A model generated the notes under the pieces. That model searched no databases. It worked only from the letters and a program-made list of their open reading frames with translations, and was not told the DNA's origin. 64,000 nt of DNA, taken from Neoechinorhynchus agilis (lineage: Eukaryota; Animalia; Acanthocephala). Both the position numbers and the translations under genes were made by a program. The stretch spans positions 15,825,480-15,889,479 of the forward strand of contig CM121342.1 in NCBI GenBank assembly GCA_051530055.1. The letters run 5' to 3'. This document shows, in pieces, positions 51,143-63,584 of this stretch (the stretch's first letter is position 1; each line of letters starts with the position of its first letter).

Positions 51143-51619
51143 TAAAAAACAAGTGCTGAAATGGTTATTCTGATCTAACATGCGTTTATATTTGATTGTA
51201 GCTACATTTTGTTAGCCATGAAGACAGAGTTTTTAACCTCGTTGTTCATTCATATCCGGTTTTTGTACCTTATTAAGAAGGCTACATGAAATAAGCGTCG
51301 AAAATTATAATGTTCACTCGCTAAAACCATTTATGGGTCGTAACTGATCGCGTACCTAGTTCGCAATTTTGTTAGTGCGATATTCGACGATATCATCTTT
51401 CGCATCTTGGAGTGCTTATGTTCCACCAATCTCGTCTTCAGATTCCGACATGTTTGTCCATTGTAATTGCTGTTCCATTTCTGGGAAATAACGTATCCTA
51501 TCTCACAGAAAGGTCAAAAATAATAATAACACGTTTTATTTGTTAAAGTACAAAGAATAGGACCCATGTACCTTTGTGTTCTCATGAACACTCGAGTTGT
51601 AATAGGATAAATCAATATG

Positions 51620-52440
51620 CCTGTTGATTTTGGAGTGGATTACGAGTCCGGTCGAGTGGGAAGGTCAGCGCGGGTGGTTATTGTTTGCAGGAGCGCTTGT
51701 AAGGTTGGTCTTTTCTCAGGTTCATTTCGGGTCATAATATCTGAGAAAATTGGACAGTATGGGAAAGGAGCGGAAATATTGCGAGATGCGGGAGAATGAA
51801 ATGAATTAAGTGTTGGGCTTACATAAAAAGAAGAATAAAATGTGCTAAAAATTGCGCTGGTTGGGTTTAGGGGCGTTTTGATGGTTTGTTGAAAATCTTT
51901 TAAATGCATTCGGCGAGAAGGGGAAGTCAACTGTGTAAATTTTAGAGGCTCTTCCATGAAACGTTTCAAGGTGATGGATTTGTGATTTGGAAAGGTTGCA
52001 AAAGACGGGATAATTGTACGTTAGGGAGGGTATCATAAAGCTGTAGTAAAATTTGGAGAGATCGGGCGAAGGGTTACCTAAATTGTGGAAGCCTTTGCGG
52101 AGGTAAATTTTAAAGGTATTGCGTTATATGGAAAGTGTAATATGCGAGCCCCATTTAACATTTGATTGAAATTAGAGACCCAGAAATCTGAGGGAAGTGA
52201 TTCGCCGGATGTCATTTGAAAGATCAGGTTAGGATGTGGGGTTGCGGAATAATGAGAAGATAAACTCGAAGCATTTAGAGAAGTTCAGGTAGAGCTTGTG
52301 ATTGGTGCAAAAATCTTTGATGAGGATGATTTCGTTAGATGTTAATTAGAGGGAGAGGTGTGCAGGTGATTGAGTGATGAGGTGGGATCGTCGGCATATA
52401 AGAAAAGTTTAGAGTGAGACGAGCGAAGCTTAAGTTCGTT
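51620..52440 (-). mobile_element. Decayed L2/CR1-type 3' fragment, same family as 32960-33790
   Basis: Clear nucleotide similarity to the reverse complement of 33050-33800, including the 3' ...CTTACAAGC(A/G)CTCCTGCAAACAATA tail. Confidence 0.78.
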
Positions 52441-52559
52441 TAACAAAATATTAAAAAGAAGTGGTGGAAGGACGACACCTTGAGCGACGCCTATGGTGAC
52501 TGGTTGTGTGATCGAGGATAAAGCTCGGCAATGAATGTATTGTTGGCGATTTTGAAGAT

Positions 52560-53320
52560 AAAAGGCCAGTCAATCTATCTGCCAAGCGTTTAGACCGAAA
52601 TTGTAACAGACTTGAAGGAACAGTGAATGGTCTAGGAGTCGAATGCTTTTGATAAGTTAAATTGCATGAGACGGGCAACGCGAGATTGATTATTGTCGAG
52701 GTTGATCGCGGTGGCTGACTCCGGGGAAACGCAAGCGCTTGATTAAATGCAATTTAGCAGTGGCTTTTGCTACGATGGCATTAATGTGAATGTCCCATTT
52801 GAGGTTGTGTTGGAAGATTAGGCCCAGAACGCGAAGCGATGTGACGCGTTGGATATCGAGAGGGAGCATTGGAATATCAGTCCTAGGTTTTCGAAGCGAC
52901 GGAATAAGTTCATAAGATTTGGAGAAATTAATTGAGAGTTGATGGGTGGTGCAAAAATCGTGATGGAAGAGCATGGGTTATGATGGTTAGGTCGTCCGCA
53001 TAAAGGAAATATTTAGCGAACGTTTAGAGGGGTGTAAGGTCGTTGAGGTAAATATCGAACAGTAAGGGCGATAGTATAGCTCCTTGTGGCACACCGCAAT
53101 GTATGGGAAGCTTCGTTGAGCAGGTATTGCCGCATTGAAAATATTGCGACCGGTTAGCGAGGAAAGAAGTGAGCCAGCTTATTTGTCAGGGTAAGAAGCC
53201 AAATTTCTCGCAGGCCTTAACGAGAAGATCGTGATCTACAGAGTCAAAGGCCTTGGCAAGATCCACCTGTATGAGGGGACAAGCGATAGACGGTTCCTGG
53301 TCAAGATTGCGCAGGATCGA
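52560..53320 (-). mobile_element. Second L2/CR1-type RT fragment
   Basis: VDLAKAFDSVDHDLL, GVPQGAILSPLLF and LGLIFQHNLKWDIHINAIVAKATAKLHLIKRL are present. Confidence 0.85.
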
Positions 53321-53322
53321 AT

Positions 53323-54496
53323 CGTGCGCGCGGTGCGTGCATCCATCGTTAGTGTCCGTTTTGTTTAATAAAAGCCAACTGAGGGCCATCACAATTTATT
53401 AAACAAAACTATTCCTATGACGACTTACAATTCCGATATGGATTACAAGAAGGTGATCCATAATTTGTCGCTACCGAGCGAGCTCAACGTCTCGAAGCCT
53501 TCATGGCGTCTTGAACGATTCAACGTATTGCCTCATGAGGAGGGAGCGTTGAGGAAGTACAAGTTATGGAGACGGAATTTCCAACACCTTCTGAAATCAA
53601 TCGATGGAGGTGTTTCTATCGACACTCTACTTCTGAACATAGACGCGGGCGTTTACGAATTCGTCGAAGAGGAGACCTCTCTAGATGATGCTCTGAAAAC
53701 TTTAGAACGTTTATTCCTAAAAGAAAGCAACGAAATCATAGCCAGGTATTTCTTGTCCATACGAAAACAGGCAGACAACGAAGATATCGACCAATTTATT
53801 CAATCCCTCCGATCGTTGGCTAAAAATTGTTATTTCAAAAATGTGTCCGCTGAGGAAGCTCGGGACGATTTCCTTCGTGATTCGTTCATTGCTGGACTGA
53901 GATCTGACGGACGACAGGATTTTGCGGTGGAAGCTACAGTTATCGATGTTCTCCTATAGTATCCGATTCCGACCCGGTAAAGACAATTTGAGTGCGGACG
54001 CACTATCGAGAAATGTATGTGCGTCAATGAACATATCGTTCAATAAACTAAAAGACGTTCAGCGGTCTCTCGGCCATCCCGGAAACACTAGGCTACTCCA
54101 TTTCATTCGACAGCAAAACTTACCGTTCGATTTGAATGACGTGCGAAAGATAACCGCAGAATGTCCCATTTGCTGCCACTTGAAACCTCGCTTTTTCAAA
54201 CCTCAATCGAGCTTGCCCTTCAGCGGTATTTCGTCCCCTTTGGTTGTGCGTCATTGGTGGCAACGGATTCGAACCACTGGACCCTTAATCGGGATCACGG
54301 GCATTAGTTCACTTGACCACTTCGACACAACTACGGAATGTACAAACTCAGCCAATTTTATATTTATTAATTCAAGGCCATTGAGTTAGGATTTTGGAGG
54401 TATCTGAGGATCCGGAGGAATGTACAAATATAAAACTTCCCACGTGCGCGCGGTGCGTGCATCCATCGTTAGTGTCCGTTTTGTTTAATTAAAGCC
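53323..54496 (+). mobile_element. Internally deleted Ty3/Gypsy LTR retrotransposon (gag, RNase H end, integrase Zn-finger) between 54-bp direct repeats
   Basis: Gag RKQADNEDIDQFIQSLRSLAKNC.F...LRDSFIAGLRS, then YSIRFRPGKDNLSADALSR and GHPG...CPIC. Direct repeats lie at 53323-53376 and 54443-54496. Confidence 0.85.
54216..54350 (-). mobile_element. TIR/tRNA-like element copy 3, with the best-preserved Pol III A and B boxes; an opposite-orientation end fragment lies at 54395-54428
   Basis: The minus strand has A box TGGTCAAGTGA (54309-54319) and B box GGTTCGAATCC (54265-54275), 33 nt apart. The copy ends GGAATGTACAAACTCA. Confidence 0.72.
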
Positions 54497-54546
54497 TGTG
54501 GTGGCTCGCCTAATTGATCCCAAAATTGATCCCGAAATCGTCGGTC

Positions 54547-54702
54547 AACTTTAGGTGCGAGAATAAGGTATTTTTGACTATTGAAAATTGCGCGTTATCC
54601 GAATGGCATAAATGAGAACAATTACCTATTCGTTTTGAACAGTTTGCCAGGAAAATCATCACTCCTGACTAATATAAAGAATAGGCATAGAAAAGGGAAC
54701 AT
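54547..54702 (-). pseudogene. Duplicated 5' end of Mcr (exon 1, intron 1 and 30 nt of exon 2)
   Basis: Reads MFPFLCLFFILVRSDDFPGKLFKTN|SQKYLILAPKV, then switches to unrelated sequence at 54546. Confidence 0.8.
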
Positions 54703-55845
54703 TTCGCAGCAACGCAATGGAGTTTTTCTTAATTTGGGAATGGAGCTCGGTCGTTGCAGGTAAATTGATATTATGCAATTCTTGCTTTCATGGAAAGAAA
54801 ACCCATACGGCGCTTCATATGACTTTGCGTAACGAACTCAAAAGTCCTATGACATTTGGCTTCAATCATTAGTTGCTCATGGCAACAATTCGAACAGGCT
54901 CGACCAAACCGGATATGAACGGATCTTCCTAGATTTTGTGTGTATTTGATTCTTATTGAAATTGATTCCTAAATCTTGCTGTACTTTACAGGACTTTAAA
55001 CTTTTTTATTTACATTAACAATTTGTCTAAAAACCAATATACTTCGTGTCATTTCCACATTTTCAACAAATTTATTGTGTGCAACAAAAATCTTGATTGA
55101 AAGCATTAAATCATAAACAAGTGTAGTTATAATCTATAATCTTCTTAAAAGGGCAAAGTATCCTTTATAGTAATTAAATTTGACCGCCAGTCTCTTTAAA
55201 AAAGCTAAGAAACTGACGATGTCATAAAAAAAGTCTTGCCTGCCCACGATCGAATCCATTGAAAGATCTGTTCCGATTTCGGAAGCGCAACAAAAATTTA
55301 GGCGATCAATATGGCAAAAGAAGAGCGCAAAGTCACAAAAAGTAATTAGCATTGAATATTTTTTGAAGGGTTTTCTAAAAAAATAGTTATGCGTTCATAA
55401 TGATTCGGAGTACCTCAAATGAATAGAATTGGCGAAAGCAGTTGGCCAAGCAAAAAAATCAGATTAATATCCGGAATAGTAAATACACTAGTTCAAAATT
55501 GACAGAGAAGTTTCGGTGTTTTTTAACATCTCGTTTTTGCTGTGCAAAACAAAAACTACGAGGTGCAAAACGAGACCAAATGACAAAATATTTTGTTTGG
55601 TACACTTATAAAGCATGATTGTGAGAAGGCATCCATGTACTTATCGCGGGATTCATTTGAAAAGCGATCTAAGATTAATTGAGCGAAGGTTGAGAATGGT
55701 AAGAGCCACGTCTATAATTCGACGGAAATCGAAAGTTTCGTCACTCACCTCTCATGTCCTAGAAAGGGCACACGTTTCTAGTGTTCAATAAGGTTTCCTT
55801 AAAGAGTTATAGTAGTTAAAACTTAGCGGACCTTTTGTCCACCAC

Positions 55846-56607
55846 TTGAGGCGAACTAAAATCCCACTCCAGAAAAGTGCCAATAAGTCACGTGTATTAG
55901 ATTTTTCAGACGATAAATCAATGGCGCAACCTATTGAGAACGTAGATACTGCACTTGCTGAAATTCGCAAACAGTTTGAGGATCACGAACTAATGGTAAT
56001 AGACGATACCATTTGCGTCTTGGCAATGGATGAGTCGGGCGTCTTTACCTGCAATTGTATTCCGTTGACTGATGAGATAATAAAGTCTGTGCCGATTGGG
56101 GAAACCAGCGTTGACAAAGTACGTACCAGGAAAATAAATCAAGGTGGTCCGGACGAGTACGCGTTTTCCTTAAACTTGGCTCCCAAAGATTATTTCGGAT
56201 CTAGAGAACGGCTTGATACATTGGTTGCATATGAATGGGAGTTGGAAGATCCAGTAGCTCCTTTGAACGGATTTAATAAAGTTCCAACCTTCACCAGAAT
56301 CTCCTTCCGAGATGCTCTTAAGGCTTGTCGCGTGGAACCAACCTGCAACATGGAATATTATTTCCAACGTCCAGCTCGGCTGGAAAAGGATTTGGGCCGA
56401 CCCTTACAACGGGTATTTGACGTAAAGGAACTCGAGCGAGAACTGTTCTATAAACTGAACATTCAACTTTTCGGTAAATGTGACGACGACAGGAACAATG
56501 ATCTAATGCTCACAAATTTTCGCATTTTGTTCAGCGATGGAAACGATCTTTACGCGACTGCTGAACGCGGCAACAATTACTATATTTTCTACTTTATAAC
56601 ATCATAA
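55846..56607 (+). CDS. Duplicate of the intronless 253-aa ORF
   Basis: Translation identical to 39244-40005. Confidence 0.65.
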   Translation: MRRTKIPLQKSANKSRVLDFSDDKSMAQPIENVDTALAEIRKQFEDHELMVIDDTICVLAMDESGVFTCNCIPLTDEIIKSVPIGETSVDKVRTRKINQGGPDEYAFSLNLAPKDYFGSRERLDTLVAYEWELEDPVAPLNGFNKVPTFTRISFRDALKACRVEPTCNMEYYFQRPARLEKDLGRPLQRVFDVKELERELFYKLNIQLFGKCDDDRNNDLMLTNFRILFSDGNDLYATAERGNNYYIFYFITS

Positions 56608-56997
56608 AAACGGGATAATTTCTGTCTGTTTCAGAAGGGTTAGCCTAAAATTTCATTTTTACTCAAACAAAATCGGCATTTTGAAAGGAACAACATTCGT
56701 TCACTTAACAAAGATGCCCAGGAAAAAAGACGATTATTAAATAACGGGAGAACTTTAAAAATTGAATATAGCATTCTTCCATCTTTATTTGCCGAAACCC
56801 AAAGCCGGAATTCGAACTAATAATCAAATAGCATCCGTACTTTTGTTCAGTTATTTCGAGTTTAGGTTTTATTGGGATTACTCAAAAGGATTTAACATGA
56901 TTTGATCTTTTTTAAGTATCCGACTGGTAGACATTGATTTGTTTCGCATTAAAGATCCAATTACAAATGCGGTTTAGCAAACCGATTTCGTCAGCTT

Positions 56998-57125
56998 AGT
57001 TTGTACATTTCGTAGTTTTTCAGGGTCGAAGGGTTTGAATCCACGATCGCCAATGACACACAACCAAAGGGGACGAAATACCGCTGAAGGGAGGAAACTC
57101 ACTGATTAGTCCCGCCTCCTGGAGG
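56998..57125 (+). mobile_element. TIR/tRNA-like element (duplicate of copy 2)
   Basis: Mirror of 38726-38853. Confidence 0.7.
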
Positions 57126-57397
57126 AAAGTGCTAAAATAATTCACATCAATAAAAAGAAAAAACAAATTTTGACGGCGTTTTCCGTTCTTTACTTTTTAA
57201 TGATTTTTATTGCATTGCTATGCAAAGATTCAGAGAACGACTCACAAAAACTTCTTTATTCTCTCCGATGTTTGTTTAAACATCGATTTGTTAGCGGAAA
57301 TCAAATTCTCGGATTTATTTTTTGCCATCGTTCTGCTCGGTGCGATTTAAAACTGGTTTTATCGATTCGTTATTTCAAAATTATTTAAAAAGTATAA

Positions 57398-57852
57398 ATG
57401 CAGATGAATGAAAAATCCGAACCAAACGTTTCTTCAGTGTACAGCGTTGAAACTCTTGATGACGTGTTCTTGGTTACTGATCATGAATTTGAACAGTACG
57501 GAGCACTTTTGGAGTCCGGTCTCAAAAAGATTAGCTCAAATCAATCTATCGATTCAGGTATGCATTCAACGATCTCTCGCAATCCGCAATCTTCAGAGAT
57601 CGTTCAAGTAGAAATGTCAGTGATTTTGCTGGTTTCCTGCTCGAACTCGTCGAAAATATGGCGAGCGGATTATCAAGCGAAACTCTTAAGAAACTTAATG
57701 CTAACTTTCAATCTTTTGCCACCAGCAAACTTGCCAAATTCGAGAAGTCAATGAAAAGTACCAAAAAAGCGAAAAAGAAAAACAAACCGCAGGTCTACGT
57801 GGATTCTGCAATCGTCTACGAGGAAGATTATGATTATTATCAAAGCGATTAA
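57398..57852 (+). CDS. Duplicate of the possible small gene at 37999-38453
   Basis: Identical ORF translations. Confidence 0.3.
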
Positions 57853-58250
57853 GATAAATCTTCCGTTTAGCCACTGGATGTCATGTTCACAGCTGCCTCC
57901 TCCATTCTCTCAAAACCTCAAAATAATATCAGTCAACAAAAAATTATTCTTGAAGTTCCAGAATCACTTTCGTTCCTTGGTTATTGGGATTCATCAATTA
58001 CGTCAATCTTCTTCTTCCTTTTCTTCGCCTTAGATTTATCTGTTTAAAAATAGAAATGAAACGCATTTGCAAATCAATTTTTTTAGTGGCTGATCTATCG
58101 ATTTGTTAGTGTCTGAAATATACAGAAAAAATTAATTTCATCGAATACGTATTTAGCTCTGGACTTTCCGAGCGATGAAGACAGCTACTTTTTAATTATC
58201 GAGTCTGTAAATCGATCGATTAATCACCAAGTTTATGTGCTCTTTCGACT

Positions 58251-61200
58251 TTACCACTTACTTTTGGCCGATACTTTGTTTCCTTTCTTAGACTTTTCTT
58301 GCAGTGGGATTTCGTTTTCTGAAGTGGAATCCTTGGCTAGTGATTTCTTTTGTTTCTTGTGTATTAAATCATTCTTTTCCTTTTCTGCAAGAATTTTTAA
58401 AGAATTGAAGAATATCTCAAATCGCAGCAAATCTTCTAAAAATTTACCTTTGTTACCTTTCCTAACCCCCTCTTCATCTTCGTTCAACGTTCCTTTCTTT
58501 TTCCTATCAAAGAACCTCTTTCTTGACTTCTTTGATTTGGATTCGTTGGTTGTCCCTTGAGAGGATGGCTCTGATTCGTTTTGACTTTCTATGATGAGGT
58601 AATCTTTACTGATGATAAAAAGTATTTACACCTTTGATTTGGGTGCCATTCTTTATTACTTTCACCGATTTTTTATGTCCAGATCGTTTTCCAATATTTT
58701 CTTTATCTGTTTGAGGAATATTAAATGGTTTGAATTTTTCCAATATTTTGTTTTGGACAGGTTTACCTGAATCCGTTTTCGAAAAAGTGGCAGATTTCGT
58801 CCTTCTAAATTTAGGCTTCGTGTTCTCTTCAAGAACCATTCTCGTTTCTTTGCCGAATTTACTATCGCCCAACCAACGATTAACCGGAAACCTACTTTCG
58901 TGCTATATAAAACAAACCCTTAAAATACCAACCGCAGAAGATGTTCGTGGTCGCAATTGGCTAAATCGATGCCTTGGCAGAACCAACCGTTCCTTGATCT
59001 GTCTTCAATCATCAGTTCAATCTTCTTTATCTAATTTACAACAATCAAAGTATTCTTTGGATTTATGGCTACCAAAATTCTCACCTTTCCTACAGCGTCT
59101 ATTCTGTCCAAAACGAATACGTCCTCCTTTAATCTTGAAAATGGACTTCCGCCAGTCTTTGAATCTGATAATCGCAGCATCTCAGATGATCCTTTGTCAC
59201 CATGCAGGACAATAAAGATTTTTCCGTCAAAATCAACGTTTCCTCGATCCCCGGTTCGCACAGTTACAATATAATATTCTTTCCCCTCCTTCTCAATTTT
59301 CATTCTCTGTAATTTCTTTACTGAAATACAAATGCTCGAATGTTCTCTCAAATAAGCCAAGCTTACGATATTCATCACAAAATAGTGCTGATCTGTTTGC
59401 CTTCACCAAAACACCTTTACCAACTTTCCGTTCGCCTTTATTTATAAGGACCTTCTTTACTTCGAATCTAAACTTTCGGTTTAATCGACTATTGACGAAA
59501 GTGCAATTGACTTTGTTTCTGTTTTCGTTTCAATGTCTTCTATTTTGACCCAATCGCAGTACCAAGAATCTCCTTCGGAACCGTTGTGCCATACCTCCAA
59601 TTCGGTCATTTCGGGAACTTGTCGAACGTTGTGAACCTTAAATACGTCTACTTGATCGCGCCTAAATGGCTCCGGATTCACGGCATTGGCTCGTAGTATG
59701 AGAAGTTCGCCCTTTATTTGTTGAGAACAAAAGTTCACATAAACAATTTGTTTTTTCCTTTCAAATCCACGGGTGTCTCGATTTCCCGTCTTTATGTGAA
59801 CTTGATATCTCGTGTTCCCTAATGAATCGGTGCCAAAAGTTGCATAGAAGAAGTCCTTACCTTTCCCGAGTGCTAAGAACGGACTAATACGTTCCGGTTT
59901 TTCTGTCAATGTTTTTGCAATCGGAAATCTACACATAATTTTGATTAATTCGCCATCAAAAGAGAACTTACTGGTATTCTGTGTCGTTGGATAAATCTCT
60001 TATCTTTACGTATGAACACTTCAGATTGCTTTTCGGCGTTTCGTTGATTGACAAATCTATGGCCCTAATCTGTTCAAAATATTGTCAAAGATTCTCTCCA
60101 ACCCAGCTAAAAACCTTCTTAATCCGAGGCCATTTAAAATAGACGGCATCTTCGTCCTTTTTGCCAAATCGCCCTTCGTTCCAATGAAGATTAATGAGTT
60201 CTGTGATTTTGGCGCAATTCGAATAAACTGTGAGTTGCAGTCTCGTTGACTTATCCATTCGACCTGCAGATGTTCCAAGATGGACAAGGTGAGTGTAGCC
60301 AGCTTAAAAATTTGAACCGTAGTTAAATTTGATCAACAGCTTTAACAAACCTTTAAGGTGGTTAGCATGCTTTTGGTTTTCCAATGATTCTGAAACTAAA
60401 AGGAAGAGGCATGTTTCAGTTTTAGAGAACTGAAAATATGAGGAGTTTACGTTGGTTTGGCAGATGGTCGCTCAGCCCGCCTTCTTTTGTAATGAATACC
60501 TTGATCATGGAGTTTTTATCGCTCGGTTCGATGTCTGTATCTATCGAAAATCTAAACAGTTTACGTTTTATTGCCGACTTAAGTGCTGAATTTCTTACAT
60601 TTCAGATAGCTGTTCTCCTTTATCATTCCAAAGTATTTGTATGCTTGAGATGTCCCATTTCTTTACCCATCCGTCAAATTCACATATCTCGATGCCTTCG
60701 ATTGTGTTTATTGACCGACCATTAAACTGGAATTGAACGCCGGTTTCTGGTTTAAACAATTCATTCTTCGCTAAAGAGCTGCTAAGGTTAAAATAATGAG
60801 TTACTCCAGTTTTGCCAAAAAGTCTAAGCAAAATCGGATACGTCTTTGTCTCATCATCCACTTCCATTCCGCCTTCTCCGTTGGTAACCACAATCGTGTA
60901 GTCCATTGCTAAAAAAACATTTGAGATAAAAATACACAATATCTCCTAAATTTACTTAAACTTTCACCATCCGCCGATTGTTTAATACCGGCGTCAAACA
61001 TGAATCTATTAATTAGATTTTGGAATTAAATTCAAATTGTCGACAAAACATACTCCTGTTCTTTTTCATCGATCTTTTGGTCTACTTCATTCCTTATTTC
61101 CAGGAAAGTCTCGAGAATTCGTTGCATCGAAAGTAAAATGCTTTCACAAGTTGGCAAAAGACACGCAGTCTCTTCGGCGGTCTTTACTCCTTCGAGTGCT

Positions 61201-61790
61201 AAGAACGCACAATTCAATTTTTCTTCGAGTTCATCAACTTGATCTTTTAAATTCTCGTTATTCTGACAATACCGAAAAAGATCATCTGGTTCGAAGAACC
61301 TATTGAATTGCTCAATGAATAGAAGTTGAGCCTGTTTCGTTTCAATTTCAAGCTGAATTGCCTTCAAGGGATCCGTGCGCCTCATGGCATTGATCTGGCG
61401 GATCAATCTGCTGACCATTTGGCAGCACGATTGCACCGCTCTTTGTGCAACTTCCAGTTTGTGCCCTGCTCCTAAGTGATAGTGACAAATCGGTAAAGAA
61501 CTGCTATTCATTTGATCACAATTTTCATGGACAGTGTTTTTCAAATGAATTTCGGCAATGCTGGTATCTTCCCTCATAAACTTAAGCTCCTCTTCGATTT
61601 CGGTTTTCTCTGCTTCCTCCTGCCGATTCCTTTTCGCTTTGTTTTCCTGATCTGCTCTATCCTGACTTCGATCCATTTCAAAGAATTCAACTTGAAGGTT
61701 AGCGGATTCCAAATAGCACCTTCCACATTCTAAGAGGCATGCGGAATAGGTCAAGAGTCGATTGACCATTGCATTTACTGGAACCGACAT
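58251..61790 (-). CDS. Duplicate multi-PLAT (LOXHD1-like) gene
   Basis: Mirror of 34061-37600. One visible amino-acid change in a PLAT exon is KWGISS versus KWDISS. Confidence 0.75.
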
Positions 61791-62060
61791 TTGAACTTTC
61801 TCTTGATTGGACGAGTCCTACTCGCTCATGCGAATGAGTTGCTGTTTTCAGTTTCCATGGATACAACTACGCCAATGATAGGTTTCCTTTAATTTTCCAT
61901 GCCAATAATTTCCGAGTGTTCGTAAATCAGTGGATTTATAATAACACGTTTTATTATTTTTTGTGTTTAAGAAATTTCGGGTGGAAATATCAGGTCTTGC
62001 TATGTCCGTTCTGGTGGGGACTGGCAGATATTGTTTGCAGGAGTGCTTGTAAGGTTTGTC

Positions 62061-62891
62061 TCTCCCCAGGTTCATTTCAAGTTATGATATCCGAGAAGAT
62101 TGGGCAGCATGGAAAAAGGAGCATAGGTATAGGGAGGTACGAGGTATAGAAGGATGAAACGAACTAGGATTACGAGTTTTATGCTCGTGTTAAAATGGGG
62201 CGATATGCGGTAGAAATTGTGATGGTAGGGTTGATAGGCGTTTTTGTTTTATGAAAATAGTATCAAGGCATTCGGTGAGAAGGGGAGAGTTACTTGTGCA
62301 AATTTTAGATGCTCTTTTATGAAACATTTCAAGAGGACGGATTTGAGATTTGGATAGGTTGCAAAATACGGGATGACCGTAGGTGCGGGAGGTAAAATAA
62401 AGCTGAAGTAAAATTTGGAGAGATCGGGTGAAGCGGTTATTAAATTTCGGAGGCGTTTGAGGAGATAAATTTTAGAGGTATTGAGCTTGAGATAGAGAGT
62501 AATGTACGATTTCCATTTCACGTTTGATTAAAATTGTAAACCCATAATTCCTAGGAAGGTGACTCGTATGATGTCATCTAGAAGCTCCGGGGAGGATATA
62601 GGGTTTAGGGAGAATTAAGGGATCATTTTGAAGCATTTAGAGAAATTGAGATGGAGTTTGTGATTGGTGCAGAAGTCTTTTAGGTGTGTGATATCGTTAG
62701 AGGTAAAGGATTGGGAGGTGTGATAGTGATTGAGTGATGAGGGTGAATTCGTCGGCATATAAGAAAAGTTTAGAATGAGAGGAGAGAGGTTTGAGGTCGT
62801 TTAGGGATATATTAAAGAGAAGTGGTGACAGCACAGCACCTTGAAATACGCCTTTGGTTAGGGATCGGATAATTTCCGAGTGTTCATATAT
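62061..62891 (-). mobile_element. Duplicate L2/CR1 fragment
   Basis: Mirror of 32960-33790. Confidence 0.8.
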
Positions 62892-63015
62892 CAGTGGAGT
62901 ATTAAATAGTTCAGAAAAATCTCATATGCTTCTTCCAGGACACGAGTTGCAACAAATCAACTTTCGTGATTTTGTGAGTGACACAGACTCGGAGTTCTTT
63001 TTTGCTGGTTTTTAA

Positions 63016-63366
63016 ATGGACAAGGATTACAAGATAGCGCTTGTAGTTAGAGATCATAACTTCACGACCCCTGATTCAATAGCCGTCGAATGCGCTCGTG
63101 CTGCTATCCAATGTCTTACTGAGACAAAGTTACGAAATCCTGAACTTTTTTCAAAATACGTAACAAGAGGTCAAAATCGAAGTATCGTTCTTAGATGTTC
63201 AAATGAAGGGAGGCAGGCAGATCTGTTCAATAAAGCAGTCAATGAAGGAATGGTTGCTACAACGGTAACTTATCCAACTGGAATGGTTGATCTGAGCGTA
63301 CTTGGCGTAGGACCGGATACCCGTTTACGAATAGATAAAATTACCGGACATCTTAAACGTTTGTAA
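63016..63366 (+). CDS. PTRH2: Peptidyl-tRNA hydrolase 2-like protein, full-length fold with divergent active site
   Basis: YKIALVVR...AVECARAA...NPEL...GQ...VL....SVLGVGPD....IDKITGHLK matches the PTH2 fold end to end. Confidence 0.75.
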   Translation: MDKDYKIALVVRDHNFTTPDSIAVECARAAIQCLTETKLRNPELFSKYVTRGQNRSIVLRCSNEGRQADLFNKAVNEGMVATTVTYPTGMVDLSVLGVGPDTRLRIDKITGHLKRL

Positions 63367-63584
63367 AGAGTCTTTTCGGTTACAAATTTTTCTGCTTGCG
63401 TGCTCATGGGATAGAATTAAAATTCAACTCTTGCACTTAAAGATAATACCGTTTTCTATTTAGAGAGGTTAAAGGACATCTTTTTATTGGAGACATTTTT
63501 CAAATTAATTACCGATAGAAAATCCTTTGGGTTAGTCAAAGTATAATTGTGGTGAAAATACTCCGGGTAATAGCAAATTTGATT

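Larger units (their letters stand above)
54547..63253. repeat. Right arm of 8.7-kb inverted duplication
   Basis: Reverse complement of 32598-41303 with sparse substitutions. Confidence 0.97.

Noticed and set aside
54255-54330. Functional tRNA gene
   Set aside because: A and B boxes are present, but the acceptor and anticodon stems do not close, and the sequence is embedded in a repeat family.
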